Below are positions 21,661 to 31,071 of a stretch of DNA of 64,000 nt, piece by piece. This DNA comes from a bacterium HR37 (GTDB lineage Bacteria; Desulfobacterota_D; UBA1144; Nemesobacterales; CSP1-2): the NCBI GenBank assembly GCA_002898375.1, contig BEIN01000015.1, positions 4,414 to 68,413 of the forward strand, read 5' to 3'. A program made the translations under genes and the position numbers. Every line of letters begins with the position of its first letter. The first letter of the stretch is position 1. A model generated the notes under the pieces. It had not been told where the DNA came from, ran no database searches, and saw only the letters and a list, made by a program, of their open reading frames with translations.

Positions 21661-23558
21661 CTACTGTGTCTTTCTTCAGATGTGTTTTCATTCCTTCTTA
21701 AGTAAACCATGAGAACGGAAAGAGCAGCAGGGGTCATACCCGAGATACGGCTTGCTTGTCCAAGGGAGACTGGACGGATACGAGAGAGCTTCTGTATTAT
21801 TTCCTTGGATAGGCCTGGTATATTTTCGTACGAAAAACCTTCGGGAATTTTTATGTTCTCCAGTTTTTTGAACTTCTCTATCTGCTCTATCTGTCTTTGA
21901 ATGTAGCCTTCATATTTGACCTCCATTTCAACCTGAATGGAGATATCGGTGTTTACAAGGGTAGCAGATACTGGATCAATGAGTGCGAGTTCTCTGTAAG
22001 TGATCTCAGGTCGTCTTAGAAGTTCTTTAAGAGTATAAGGTTTTTTAAGTGGGGAGGAGCCAAGCTGTATTAGTATATCATTTGTCCTTAAATCCGGAAA
22101 AACCTTTGTATGCTCCAGCCTTTCAAATTCCTCTTGTATTTTCTTTTTCTTTTGAAGGAACCTAAGAAAATCTTCTTCTCTTACAAGTCCCAGCTTGTAA
22201 CCTTTTTCTCGAAGCCTAAGATCTGCATTATCTTCTCTAAGTATAAGCCTGTACTCCGCTCTTGATGTGAACATTCTGTAGGGTTCATCTACCCCCTTTG
22301 TTACAAGGTCATCTATAAGAATACCGATATAGGCTTCAGAACGGTCAAGAATAAAAGGACTTTCCCCTTTTACGCGAAGTGCTGCGTTTATGCCTGCTAT
22401 AAGTCCTTGGGAAGCAGCTTCTTCGTAACCAGTTGTTCCGTTTATCTGTCCTGCAAAAAACAGATTCTCAATAAGCTTTGTCTCAAGTGTTGGCTTTAGC
22501 TGGGTTGGGTCTGAGAAGTCATATTCCACTGCATATCCAGGTCTCATTATCTCTGCTTCTTCAAGCCCTCTTATTGTCCTTATGAATTCGTATTGTACAT
22601 CAAGCGGAAGGCTCGTTGAGATTCCATTAGGGTATATCTCGTAAGTTCCCCATCCTTCGGGTTCAAGAAACACCTGATGTCTTTCTTTATCCGGAAACTT
22701 TACAACCTTGTCTTCTATGGAAGGACAATAACGTGGACCAATACCTTTTATTATCCCTGAGTAAAGCGGAGATTTGTGAAGATTGCTTCTTATTATCTGA
22801 TGGGTCCTTTCATTGGTATAGGTAATGTAGCAAGGAAGTTGTTCTCTTTCTATTTTGTCATTGGAAAAAGAAAAGGGTTTGGGTTCTGGATCTCCTGGCT
22901 GAACTTCAAGTATATCCCACTTTATGGTTCTCCCATCTAGTCTGGGAGGTGTTCCTGTTTTTAGTCTGCCTATCCTGAAACCAAGTTTCTGGAAGGATTC
23001 CGAGATTCCATAAGCAGGAGCTTCGCCTGCACGTCCAGCAGAGATCTGGGTTAGCCCTATATGGATAAGACCATTGGGGAATGTACCGGGAGTTACCACA
23101 ACTGCGTCTGCAAGGAAATGCTCTCCCAGGCTGGTTTTCACTCCTACTGCCCGTCCACCTTCAACCAGAAAACCTTCTACCATTCTTTGCTTCAGGTCTA
23201 TGTTTTTTTCGCTCTCAAGAGCCTTTCTCATATAGGTTTTATAAGCCTGTCTGTCTGCCTGAATTCTAGTTGCCTGAACTGCTGGCCCCTTTCTGGTGTT
23301 TAATCTTCTGAACTGAATAGCAGTTGCATCAGCTGCCTTCCCCATTTCTCCCCCTAAAGCATCTATTTCCTTTACAAGATGACCTTTTCCGACTCCACCT
23401 ATGGAGGGGTTACATGACATAAGCCCTATTGTATCTAGGTTTCCCGTGAGAACAAGGGTTTTACATCCCATTCTTGCTGCAGCAAGTGCTGCTTCACATC
23501 CTGCATGGCCTGCACCAACTACGATTACATGATACTTCTTTGGATACGTAATTGCCAT
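21639..23558 (-). CDS. mnmG: tRNA uridine-5-carboxymethylaminomethyl(34) synthesis enzyme MnmG (GidA)
   Basis: GAGHAGCEAA, MSCNPSIGG, GPRYCPSIEDK, AGQINGTTGYEEAA, EPYRMFTSRAEYRL. Confidence 0.98.
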   Translation of the reverse strand: MAITYPKKYHVIVVGAGHAGCEAALAAARMGCKTLVLTGNLDTIGLMSCNPSIGGVGKGHLVKEIDALGGEMGKAADATAIQFRRLNTRKGPAVQATRIQADRQAYKTYMRKALESEKNIDLKQRMVEGFLVEGGRAVGVKTSLGEHFLADAVVVTPGTFPNGLIHIGLTQISAGRAGEAPAYGISESFQKLGFRIGRLKTGTPPRLDGRTIKWDILEVQPGDPEPKPFSFSNDKIEREQLPCYITYTNERTHQIIRSNLHKSPLYSGIIKGIGPRYCPSIEDKVVKFPDKERHQVFLEPEGWGTYEIYPNGISTSLPLDVQYEFIRTIRGLEEAEIMRPGYAVEYDFSDPTQLKPTLETKLIENLFFAGQINGTTGYEEAASQGLIAGINAALRVKGESPFILDRSEAYIGILIDDLVTKGVDEPYRMFTSRAEYRLILREDNADLRLREKGYKLGLVREEDFLRFLQKKKKIQEEFERLEHTKVFPDLRTNDILIQLGSSPLKKPYTLKELLRRPEITYRELALIDPVSATLVNTDISIQVEMEVKYEGYIQRQIEQIEKFKKLENIKIPEGFSYENIPGLSKEIIQKLSRIRPVSLGQASRISGMTPAALSVLMVYLRRNENTSEERHSSYSSSSS

Positions 23559-23593
23559 CGTTTCTTTCCCCCTCTGGGTAACTTAAACAGTTT

Positions 23594-23622
23594 ATTCTAA
23601 AATCTTTACCTTTTATCGTCAA
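23594..23622 (-). promoter_or_regulatory. Sigma-70-type promoter of mnmG
   Basis: Minus strand TTGACG (23622-23617), 17 nt, TAGAAT (23599-23594). Confidence 0.7.
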
Positions 23623-23700
23623 ATTTATCTGTTCTTGTTGATTTTATATGTGATGGTAAAATAAACTCTCACTTTCTTTTACAAGGAGAAGCTATCTGTT

Positions 23701-24024
23701 GTGGAAACACCCTCAGATATCTTTGCTAGGATAGAAAAGAAGATTTGGGAAAGGTTTGAGGAGTTTTCAGGTATAAACTCGGTCTACAAGTTTATACTGG
23801 ATGGACCAAGTGGCGGTATATGGATAGTAGACTTAAGAAAGGATAGCTTTGGTGTTAGGTTAGGAGAAGAAGAGGCTGACTGTACAGTTAGGATCTTAGA
23901 TGAGGACTTTGTAAAATTAGCCAATAGGAGACTAAAGGCAGAGTACGCTTTTATAATGGGGAAAGTAAGATTATACGGTGACATCAGACTGGCTACAAAG
24001 CTTGGTGGTTTATTAAAAGGGTAG
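23701..24024 (+). CDS. SCP2 sterol/lipid-binding domain protein
   Basis: GGIWIVD, ADCTV, AFIMGKVRLYGDIRLATKL pattern; AAGGAG SD. Confidence 0.85.
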   Translation: METPSDIFARIEKKIWERFEEFSGINSVYKFILDGPSGGIWIVDLRKDSFGVRLGEEEADCTVRILDEDFVKLANRRLKAEYAFIMGKVRLYGDIRLATKLGGLLKG

Positions 24025-24053
24025 GGTAAGTTTCTTTCTTTTATCTGAAATCC

Positions 24054-24272
24054 TTATTTTGGTCTTGTTCCATATATAACAAAAAGAGCGGATATGGTTA
24101 TTGTAACAAGCCATAACACCCATAGGACAAGTGCTGTGGGATAAAACTTACCTGCTATACTTACTGCTTCTCCACTTGCCCCTACCGTGGGAATATTGCC
24201 TTGAAGGTAAATCCCAACTAGGACAACCGATATGCCCGCAGATATGGAGATAACCCTTTGAATCCATATCAT
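24054..24272 (-). CDS. Small two-TM membrane protein, unknown function
   Basis: 72 aa with two hydrophobic segments, 45 nt downstream of the DUF1326-like gene; no clear SD. Confidence 0.5.
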   Translation of the reverse strand: MIWIQRVISISAGISVVLVGIYLQGNIPTVGASGEAVSIAGKFYPTALVLWVLWLVTITISALFVIYGTRPK

Positions 24273-24317
24273 GGTAACGTGAACTCTAGTTTGGCTGTAT
24301 GCTTAAGCTCTACACTT

Positions 24318-25001
24318 CTAGTGTTTAATAACCCCTGAAAGTTCGAACTCACTTATTTCACCGCTGTTTTTTTTGAGATCTAGGTTCTTTTTATGATCTT
24401 TAAAATTTCCCTCTGCACTTCCCAGAGTTATTTCTTTAGCAGGAAACGGATAAACCGGATTTAATACCTTCTGAGGTGTGTTTGGATCATTCCCCATAAC
24501 GGGCTCAACAGTAATGTTCCCAAAATTGCCTATGCTCATTCTATAGGGCTTTAAAGGCTCATTTGGAATCTCTATTTTTATAACCTCTGCTTTTATACCC
24601 AGTTGTTCTCCAAGGTTTGCAAAGGGAGGAGCCGATAGAATAGACCTTAGAGACTCTTGTTGTTCCTTGGATGCGTTTTTATCTATGTAGTAAGCGGTAT
24701 ATAACCATTTTTGGGTTCCAGCTTTCACTGACCCCGTAAATTCACCCATATATCCCCATGTAACACCGTCTAGAGAAACGTTACCATACTTGCCCTCAAT
24801 TATCTTAACTCCTCCAACAAATCTACAATGCCCATGTTGAGGCTCTAACCCAAAAAGACATGGACAGGAAACCTGACATGTGTCTGCTACAACCATCTGT
24901 GCCTTCATGTTCCAGGTTGTGGTTTCTTCCTGTGGCAGTGTGGTAGAGCTAAGAATAAAAAAAACGCCTATTATAATAGACCCTGTAATAAGGATTCTCA
25001 T
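24318..25001 (-). CDS. DUF1326-like putative metal-binding protein with N-terminal signal peptide
   Basis: DTCQVSCPCLFGLEPQHGHC, IIEGKYGNVSLDG, YIDKNASKEQQESLRSI resemble DUF1326; CAGGAGG SD. Confidence 0.7.
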   Translation of the reverse strand: MRILITGSIIIGVFFILSSTTLPQEETTTWNMKAQMVVADTCQVSCPCLFGLEPQHGHCRFVGGVKIIEGKYGNVSLDGVTWGYMGEFTGSVKAGTQKWLYTAYYIDKNASKEQQESLRSILSAPPFANLGEQLGIKAEVIKIEIPNEPLKPYRMSIGNFGNITVEPVMGNDPNTPQKVLNPVYPFPAKEITLGSAEGNFKDHKKNLDLKKNSGEISEFELSGVIKH

Positions 25002-25143
25002 TTTTTATCCTCCTGTTTTATTAGATTTTAAAACCCTTATTTATCAGGAGGAGAGCAAACTTTGTTCTGAATTAACTAAGAGGGTAAGCTACAAACCCGC
25101 TTTAGGCTATAGAAAGAAAAGGATTATTCCCTCCTCTCCACCC

Positions 25144-25173
25144 ATTATATATTGAGCCACAGCTTAAAGTCAA
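25144..25173 (-). promoter_or_regulatory. Sigma-70-type promoter of the DUF1326-like gene (long leader)
   Basis: Minus strand TTGACT (25173-25168), 18 nt, TATAAT (25149-25144). Confidence 0.6.
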
Positions 25174-25180
25174 GCAAAAA

Positions 25181-26227
25181 TTAAGGTGTTAGAACTACCT
25201 TTATTGCGTTTTCCTCTTTGCTATCCATTAGCCTGTACCCCTTTGGGGTTTCACTTAAAGGTAAATCGTGGGTTATTATGGCGGTTGGGTCTATCTTTCC
25301 GTTCTCAATAAGTGGTAAGAGTTGAGAAATGTAGTTCTTTGAAGGACATACCCCTCCTCTAAGGGTGAGATCTTTTAAATAGAAATCAAGCATTGGAATT
25401 GGTACGGCTCCGGTAAATAGACCTACAAATGATATGGTTCCTGCAGGCCTTGTTATCTTTACAGCGCTTGACAGAGCCTCTTCAGAGCCTATGCACTCTA
25501 AAACAGCATCTACCCCTCTTCCATCTGTTACTTCCAGTATTTTGTGGATAGGGTCTTCTTTCCTTGAATTTATAACAAGGTCACTTCCTAACTTTTTTGC
25601 AACATCTAGTCTGAAGTCGTGTCTCCCAACAGTTATTACAAGTGAAGGACCAAAAAGTCGTGCTGAGGCAGTTGCAAAAAGGCCAATCGGGCCATCACCA
25701 AATACTGCAACCCTGTCTCCGGGTTTTATATTTGCCCACTCCGCACAGAAATAGCCTGTTGAAAATATGTCACCTAGAAATAGAGCCTTTGTGTCTTCGA
25801 TGTTTTCTGGAACCTTCTCAAGAGTAGAGTCTGCAAAGGGTACTCTTACATACTCAGCTTGTCCTCCGGGAATATCTCCAAATGCCTTTCCAAAACCAAA
25901 GCACCCTCCACCTCCTATGCATGAAGTTGGAACACGGTTGCGGCAGTTTATACATACCCCGCAGCTTACCCAGAATGGAGCAACAACTTTATCCCCTTTC
26001 TTGAGGAGCCTTACATCACTTCCTGTTTCTTCTACTATTCCAATGAACTCGTGTCCAACTATAAACCCCTCATCCATTGGAACTTTTCCTCGGTAGAAAT
26101 GTAGGTCAGAGCCACATATAGCGCTTTTTGTGACTCTAACGATAACATCGGTTGGTTTCTTTATTTCTGGGTCTGGAACAACCTCTACTCTAACATCTCT
26201 TATACCATGATACGTTACGGCTTTCAT
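25181..26227 (-). CDS. Zinc-dependent alcohol dehydrogenase (MDR, FDH-like)
   Basis: ICGSDLH, GHEFIG, CGVCINC...C, GGQAEYVRVP, GDIFSTG. Confidence 0.92.
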   Translation of the reverse strand: MKAVTYHGIRDVRVEVVPDPEIKKPTDVIVRVTKSAICGSDLHFYRGKVPMDEGFIVGHEFIGIVEETGSDVRLLKKGDKVVAPFWVSCGVCINCRNRVPTSCIGGGGCFGFGKAFGDIPGGQAEYVRVPFADSTLEKVPENIEDTKALFLGDIFSTGYFCAEWANIKPGDRVAVFGDGPIGLFATASARLFGPSLVITVGRHDFRLDVAKKLGSDLVINSRKEDPIHKILEVTDGRGVDAVLECIGSEEALSSAVKITRPAGTISFVGLFTGAVPIPMLDFYLKDLTLRGGVCPSKNYISQLLPLIENGKIDPTAIITHDLPLSETPKGYRLMDSKEENAIKVVLTP

Positions 26228-26290
26228 TTTCTTTCCCCCTGTTTTGTATTTTAAAATACTACATGGTTTCCTAAAGTGTTTCCATAGAGT

Positions 26291-27094
26291 TTAAATTACC
26301 AAATGGTCATGGTCTTTAATAAAAGATATAACAGCTTTGTTGAATTCTTCTGGTTTTTCTATAGGGGGTACATGTCCACAATCTCTCATAACAAGAAGCT
26401 TTGAGTTCTTTATGTTTTCGTGAAGGATCCTTGAGTATTTTAATGGAATAAGTATGTCTTCTTCCCCAACGATTATAAGGGTTGGTGCGGTTATGTTTGA
26501 TAACCTCTCATGTATGTTGTGCTTAAGGCATCCCCTTGCAAGATTTATTACAGCCTTGGGTGGATTTGTCTTTACGCTGGCTTCTTTTAAGGAGAGTATC
26601 TTTTCCAGATTGTTTCTTATAAAGTTCTCTGAAAAAAGAAATGGCAGTGCTACATCGTATCTGAGTTCACTCCCACCTACCTCTGTGGCTTTTATCCAGG
26701 TTTTAATGATTAGCTCAAGCAGGGTACCTATATAGCTGCATGTATCAACCAGAACAAGGGCCCCTAACCTCTGTGGATAATTAACTGCGAAGTGTTGGGC
26801 TATCATCCCCCCGTTTGAAAGACCAACTATGTGAGCTTTCTCTATACTTAATTTATCAAGCAGTCTCTTTAGGTCTTCTGCATGTATTTCAGGTGTATAC
26901 TCCATATCAGGTTTATCAGATTGTCCCTGACCACGGCAATCGTATCTTAAGACACTGTACCTTTTTGAGAAGTCAGGAACCTGAAGTATCCATCCGTTAA
27001 CATCCATTGTAAGCCCATTTATAAAAACAACATATGGCCCTTTACCATTTAGCTCGTAGTTTAGCTTAACTCCGTCTATATCTATTCTAGGCAT
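26291..27094 (-). CDS. Alpha/beta hydrolase (enol-lactonase/arylesterase-like)
   Basis: YDCRGQGQSD, GLSNGG nucleophile elbow, GEEDILIP, CGH. Confidence 0.88.
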   Translation of the reverse strand: MPRIDIDGVKLNYELNGKGPYVVFINGLTMDVNGWILQVPDFSKRYSVLRYDCRGQGQSDKPDMEYTPEIHAEDLKRLLDKLSIEKAHIVGLSNGGMIAQHFAVNYPQRLGALVLVDTCSYIGTLLELIIKTWIKATEVGGSELRYDVALPFLFSENFIRNNLEKILSLKEASVKTNPPKAVINLARGCLKHNIHERLSNITAPTLIIVGEEDILIPLKYSRILHENIKNSKLLVMRDCGHVPPIEKPEEFNKAVISFIKDHDHLVI

Positions 27095-27902
27095 GGTGTT
27101 TTCTTTGCTCCTTTAGAATATCGCTTAACTCTCTTATTATATAGTCGGGTTTTACCTTGGATCTTATAACTTCTTTTTCCGTGGCTGATCCGGAGAGAAC
27201 AAGAATTGTTCCTATCCTTGCCCGTTTTCCCCCAAGTATGTCAGTTTGAAGGGTATCCCCAATTATTGCAATCTTTTCTCCCCTTTTGGGGTTTAATTTC
27301 TTTTTTGCCAACTCAAACATAATGGGTTCTGGTTTTCCAACGGTTATTGCTCTCTTACCTGAGGCAACCTCTATTGAGGCTAGGATTGCTCCGGTTGCAG
27401 GAATTAGCCCTTCAGGTGTGGGGAAATAGGGGTCACGATTTGTTCCTATAAACAAGGCCCCGTTTCTTACAGCAAGTGTAGCTATTTTCATCTCTTCATA
27501 GTTAAATTCAGGATGGCCTCCAATTATTACAAAATCCGCTTTTTTGGCATCTTCTCCTTGAATTATCCTGACTCCTATTGACTCTATCTCTTCTTTAAGT
27601 GCTCTGGTTCCTACAACATAGGCCGTTTTCCCATATGGTCTGTGGTATTCCTTAAGATAGTAGGCTACTGCTGTTGAGGATGTTATTACCTCTTCTGGGG
27701 CTGTAGGGATATCAATGTCACTTAGTTTCTTTGCATAATCCTTTGAAGAACTTCTTGGGTCATTTGTTAGGAACAAAACCCGCTTGCCCATCTCTCTTAG
27801 TCTGCAGATTGTTTCTGAAACACCTGAGATGGGTTTGCTTCCTATATACACAACCCCGTCTAGGTCTATTATGAAGTACTCAAAGAACTCTACCAGCTTC
27901 AT
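27087..27902 (-). CDS. HAD-IIA hydrolase (NagD-like)
   Basis: DLDGVVY, FLTND, TNRD, VGKPEP, IGDTLQTDILGG. Confidence 0.92.
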   Translation of the reverse strand: MKLVEFFEYFIIDLDGVVYIGSKPISGVSETICRLREMGKRVLFLTNDPRSSSKDYAKKLSDIDIPTAPEEVITSSTAVAYYLKEYHRPYGKTAYVVGTRALKEEIESIGVRIIQGEDAKKADFVIIGGHPEFNYEEMKIATLAVRNGALFIGTNRDPYFPTPEGLIPATGAILASIEVASGKRAITVGKPEPIMFELAKKKLNPKRGEKIAIIGDTLQTDILGGKRARIGTILVLSGSATEKEVIRSKVKPDYIIRELSDILKEQRKHHA

Positions 27903-27949
27903 CTTTGTCCCTTGCTTACCCTAGAAGTTATAAGTTGTAACCTGTGGGA

Positions 27950-28273
27950 TTAACCCCATATGTACTTTTTGAGTAATTCTTGCTTGTCTTCCTCAACTGC
28001 TTTTCTGCGAATACGGATTACTTTTAACGTGTCATCTTGGATCATTTCAACGCCTATAAGGTTTAGAATATCTGATGCAGCTTGCCTGTAGCCATCGTAG
28101 TACTCCAGAACCTCTCCTGCAGCTCTGACGGTTGAGGAATCTAGGTAAAGAGCTATTGCAGCAAATTCCTTTGGAACGTCTTCATCTATCTCAAGTTTAT
28201 AGTCCTTAAGTACATCTGATAAAATATGCTTTTTCCACATCTCTACTATCTTATCAAAGTCTTCTACTCTCAT
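27950..28273 (-). CDS. Hypothetical protein (107 aa)
   Basis: Fills the gap, GGGGAGG SD, natural composition; no family recognised. Confidence 0.75.
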   Translation of the reverse strand: MRVEDFDKIVEMWKKHILSDVLKDYKLEIDEDVPKEFAAIALYLDSSTVRAAGEVLEYYDGYRQAASDILNLIGVEMIQDDTLKVIRIRRKAVEEDKQELLKKYIWG

Positions 28274-28389
28274 CTTTTGATGTTCCCTCCCCTACTTAGT
28301 CTGCAAACCAACTTTGCTGGTTTAGTGAAAACTCATAAGTTTTATCATAATAGATATACCTTTGTATGTTAAGGCTTACAAGTAACCAA

Positions 28390-28806
28390 TCAGCTCTGGC
28401 TTCTTTTCTTTAGTAGTTTACTGGCAACTATTATGTTATCCCTTCCACCAGCTTCAGCCATCTTTACTGCTTCTTCAAGACCTGCTTTGTTAGGAAGTGT
28501 TGCAAGTTTAAGGAGCATGGGAAGATTTACACCTGATATTACCTCTACCTTCTTTTCTTCCAGAAAGGTAAGACTTATATTTGAGGGGGTCCCACCAAAC
28601 ATATCTGTTACTATTAAGACACCATCTCCTTCATCAACCTTTTTGATAGCCTGCTTTATTTCCTTGGCAAAGAGGGTAAATTCTTTGTTCGGGTCTAGAC
28701 AAACACTCTCCATCTTGACAGCAGGTTTTCCAGAGACAACAAACTTTACAACAGATATTAGCTCCTCTGCTAGTTTACCATGGGTTACCACTACAACTCC
28801 AACCAT
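28390..28806 (-). CDS. PTS EIIA component, mannose/fructose type
   Basis: VVVTHG, TDMFGGTPSN, ISGVNLPML. Confidence 0.93.
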   Translation of the reverse strand: MVGVVVVTHGKLAEELISVVKFVVSGKPAVKMESVCLDPNKEFTLFAKEIKQAIKKVDEGDGVLIVTDMFGGTPSNISLTFLEEKKVEVISGVNLPMLLKLATLPNKAGLEEAVKMAEAGGRDNIIVASKLLKKRSQS

Positions 28807-28815
28807 TGCCTCACC

Positions 28816-29667
28816 TCAACCTTTTGATATATCCCTGTGCCAGATGTTGGGGGAAAGGTGTTTAAATCTCTCTGCAATTTCATTAACGATCACAGCTGAT
28901 CTGTGCTTTCCACCTGTACATCCTATTGCAATTGTTAAATAGGATTTACCCTCTTTCTGATACTTGGGAATCAAGAACTTTAAAAGGTCCACAATTTTTT
29001 CTATAAACTTTATGGTGTCTTCGTTTTTTAAAACATACTCTCTAACTTCTTTATCTAAACCGGTAAGGTTCTTTAGACCCTCTACAAAGTGTGGGCTGGG
29101 TAGAAATCTTACATCAATTACGACATCTGCATCATAGGGAAGACCGTATTTGTAGCCAAAAGAGAGAAAATTTAGAGATAACCTGTGGGAATCCGTTTTC
29201 CCGAATTTGTCCTGTATTATTTCTCTTAATTGATGGGTATTAAGCAGTGAGGTGTCTATTATGTGATCAGAGAGGTTTTTTATTTCCTTAAGCATTTCTC
29301 TTTCCCTTGCTATTCCCTCCAGTATGTTACCTTCAGGTGAAAGTGGATGCTTTCTTCTTGTTTCTTTGTATCTCTTTACCAGGGCTTCATTTGAGGATTC
29401 AAGGAATACAAGCTCAACCGTATATCCCTCTTCCTTTAACTCTTTTATAACCTCAGGAGCCCTTTCAAGAAATATACCTTCTCTTACGTCTATTACAAAT
29501 GCTATTTTTGTGATACGTTCAGCAGATGTACTGCATAGCTCAATAAACTTGGGGACGAGTGTCGGAGGGAGATTATCAACGCAGAAGTATCCTGTATCTT
29601 CAAGTGCTTTTATTGCAGTGCTTTTACCGGAACCCGAAAGGCCGCTTACTATTACTATGGAAATCAT
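28816..29667 (-). CDS. rapZ: RNase adapter RapZ (YvcJ/YhbJ family)
   Basis: SGLSGSGKS, CVDNLP, ETRRKHPL, SFGYKYG, IGCTGGKHRS. Confidence 0.95.
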   Translation of the reverse strand: MISIVIVSGLSGSGKSTAIKALEDTGYFCVDNLPPTLVPKFIELCSTSAERITKIAFVIDVREGIFLERAPEVIKELKEEGYTVELVFLESSNEALVKRYKETRRKHPLSPEGNILEGIAREREMLKEIKNLSDHIIDTSLLNTHQLREIIQDKFGKTDSHRLSLNFLSFGYKYGLPYDADVVIDVRFLPSPHFVEGLKNLTGLDKEVREYVLKNEDTIKFIEKIVDLLKFLIPKYQKEGKSYLTIAIGCTGGKHRSAVIVNEIAERFKHLSPNIWHRDISKG

Positions 29668-30611
29668 TGTTTGTCTTTATTGCCCATAAAGGCTTGAAAT
29701 CTCTCAGCAGTGTTTATTCCTCTTAACTTAAGTAGCTGGTTTCTTACAGCTACCTCAACGATTGTTGCTGTGTTTCTGCCGGGGCTTACGGGAAGTATTA
29801 GATAAGGAAGTTCTACTCCCATAATGGAGTAGCTTCTGTTTTCAAGACCAACTCTGTCGTATTCTTCGTTAGGATCCCAGTGGGCAAGTTCAATAACCAT
29901 ATCTATTTCCCTTTTATCCATAATGGATGTTGTTCCAAATAGATCCTTTATATTTATTATACCCACACCCCTTATTTCCATAAGGTACTTTATATTCTCC
30001 GGACCACTTCCAACGAGTTTCGATGTGCCAATTTTTCTTATCTCAACCACATCGTCTGCAATGAGTTTAGACCCTCTAAGTATTAAGTCAAGTGCGCATT
30101 CGCTCTTTCCCACTCCACTTTTCCCAAGTATAAGTACACCTAAACCGTGTATGTCCATAAGTACCCCATGAACGCTAACAAAGGGGGCCAGCCTTTCTTC
30201 TAAAATTGCATTTAGGCTTGAGATGAGTTTTCCCGTATAGAGGTTTGTTATAAAGAGGGGCATACTGTTTAGTTCACAGGTTTTTCTGAGTAATTCAGGA
30301 GGTAAAAGGCCTTTTGAAACTATAAAGGAGGGAACATCTTGTGTGCACAGGTTTTGGGCTGTCTTTTGTTGTTCAGCAGGTAGGAGCTTGTTGAAATAAG
30401 AGATCTCCGTTCGTCCCAGTATCTGTATCTTGCCTTCTTCAAGATGGATTTCGGGCTCAATCATCCTGAGACCAGGTTTTTGAACCCTATTTGATTTTAT
30501 TTCTCGGTCTAATCCTCCATAGCCTGCTACAAGCTCAATCTGAAGCTCCCTTCCCCACTTTTCGTATAGCTCCTTAACCGCAAAAGGAACTCCGCTTTTA
30601 ATGTTTTGCAT
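29664..30611 (-). CDS. hprK: HPr(Ser) kinase/phosphorylase
   Basis: HGVLMDIHGLGVLILGKSGVGKSECALDL, LIADD, MEIRGVGII, PVSPGRN. Start at ATG 30611. Confidence 0.95.
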   Translation of the reverse strand: MQNIKSGVPFAVKELYEKWGRELQIELVAGYGGLDREIKSNRVQKPGLRMIEPEIHLEEGKIQILGRTEISYFNKLLPAEQQKTAQNLCTQDVPSFIVSKGLLPPELLRKTCELNSMPLFITNLYTGKLISSLNAILEERLAPFVSVHGVLMDIHGLGVLILGKSGVGKSECALDLILRGSKLIADDVVEIRKIGTSKLVGSGPENIKYLMEIRGVGIINIKDLFGTTSIMDKREIDMVIELAHWDPNEEYDRVGLENRSYSIMGVELPYLILPVSPGRNTATIVEVAVRNQLLKLRGINTAERFQAFMGNKDKQ

Positions 30612-31071
30612 CTTCTTCAATTATAAGTTCGTATATTTCGTCCTGGGATTTAGCTTGCATAAGCTTGGAACGAAACTCGGGGGATTTAAAGATCTTTGAA
30701 AATCTGGCAAGGAGCTTTAGGTGTGTTCCCGCAGAGTTCTCGGGTGCTAAAAGCAGTATAAAAAGATGGGTTGGATTGCCATCTAGTGATTCAAAATCCA
30801 CTCCCTCTATACTTCTCCCAAAGGCTGTTATGATATTTGAAATTCCGCTTAATTTTCCATGTGGTATTGCTACTCCTGAATCAACAGCTGTACTACAGAG
30901 TCTTTCTCTTTCCATTAAAACCTCAACTAACCTTTCGGTATTTATGTTGTTGGAAACAGAGGATACATGCTCAGAAAGCTCCCTTATAACCTCTGCCTTG
31001 GTTTTTGAACGGAGATATGGAATAACCGATTCTTTCTTTAAAACGTCTGCTATCTTCATTGCTGTTTTCAA
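30598..31071 (-). CDS. ptsN: PTS EIIA(Ntr)-like nitrogen regulatory protein
   Basis: RERLCSTAVDSGVAIPHGK, GVDFESLDG, HLKLLA. Confidence 0.9.
   Translation of the reverse strand: MKTAMKIADVLKKESVIPYLRSKTKAEVIRELSEHVSSVSNNINTERLVEVLMERERLCSTAVDSGVAIPHGKLSGISNIITAFGRSIEGVDFESLDGNPTHLFILLLAPENSAGTHLKLLARFSKIFKSPEFRSKLMQAKSQDEIYELIIEEDAKH

Noticed and set aside
25045..25070. Plus-strand AGGAGG followed by TTG as a hidden small gene
   Set aside because: The frame closes after two codons (TTG TTC TGA); better explained as the anti-SD of the minus-strand leader.
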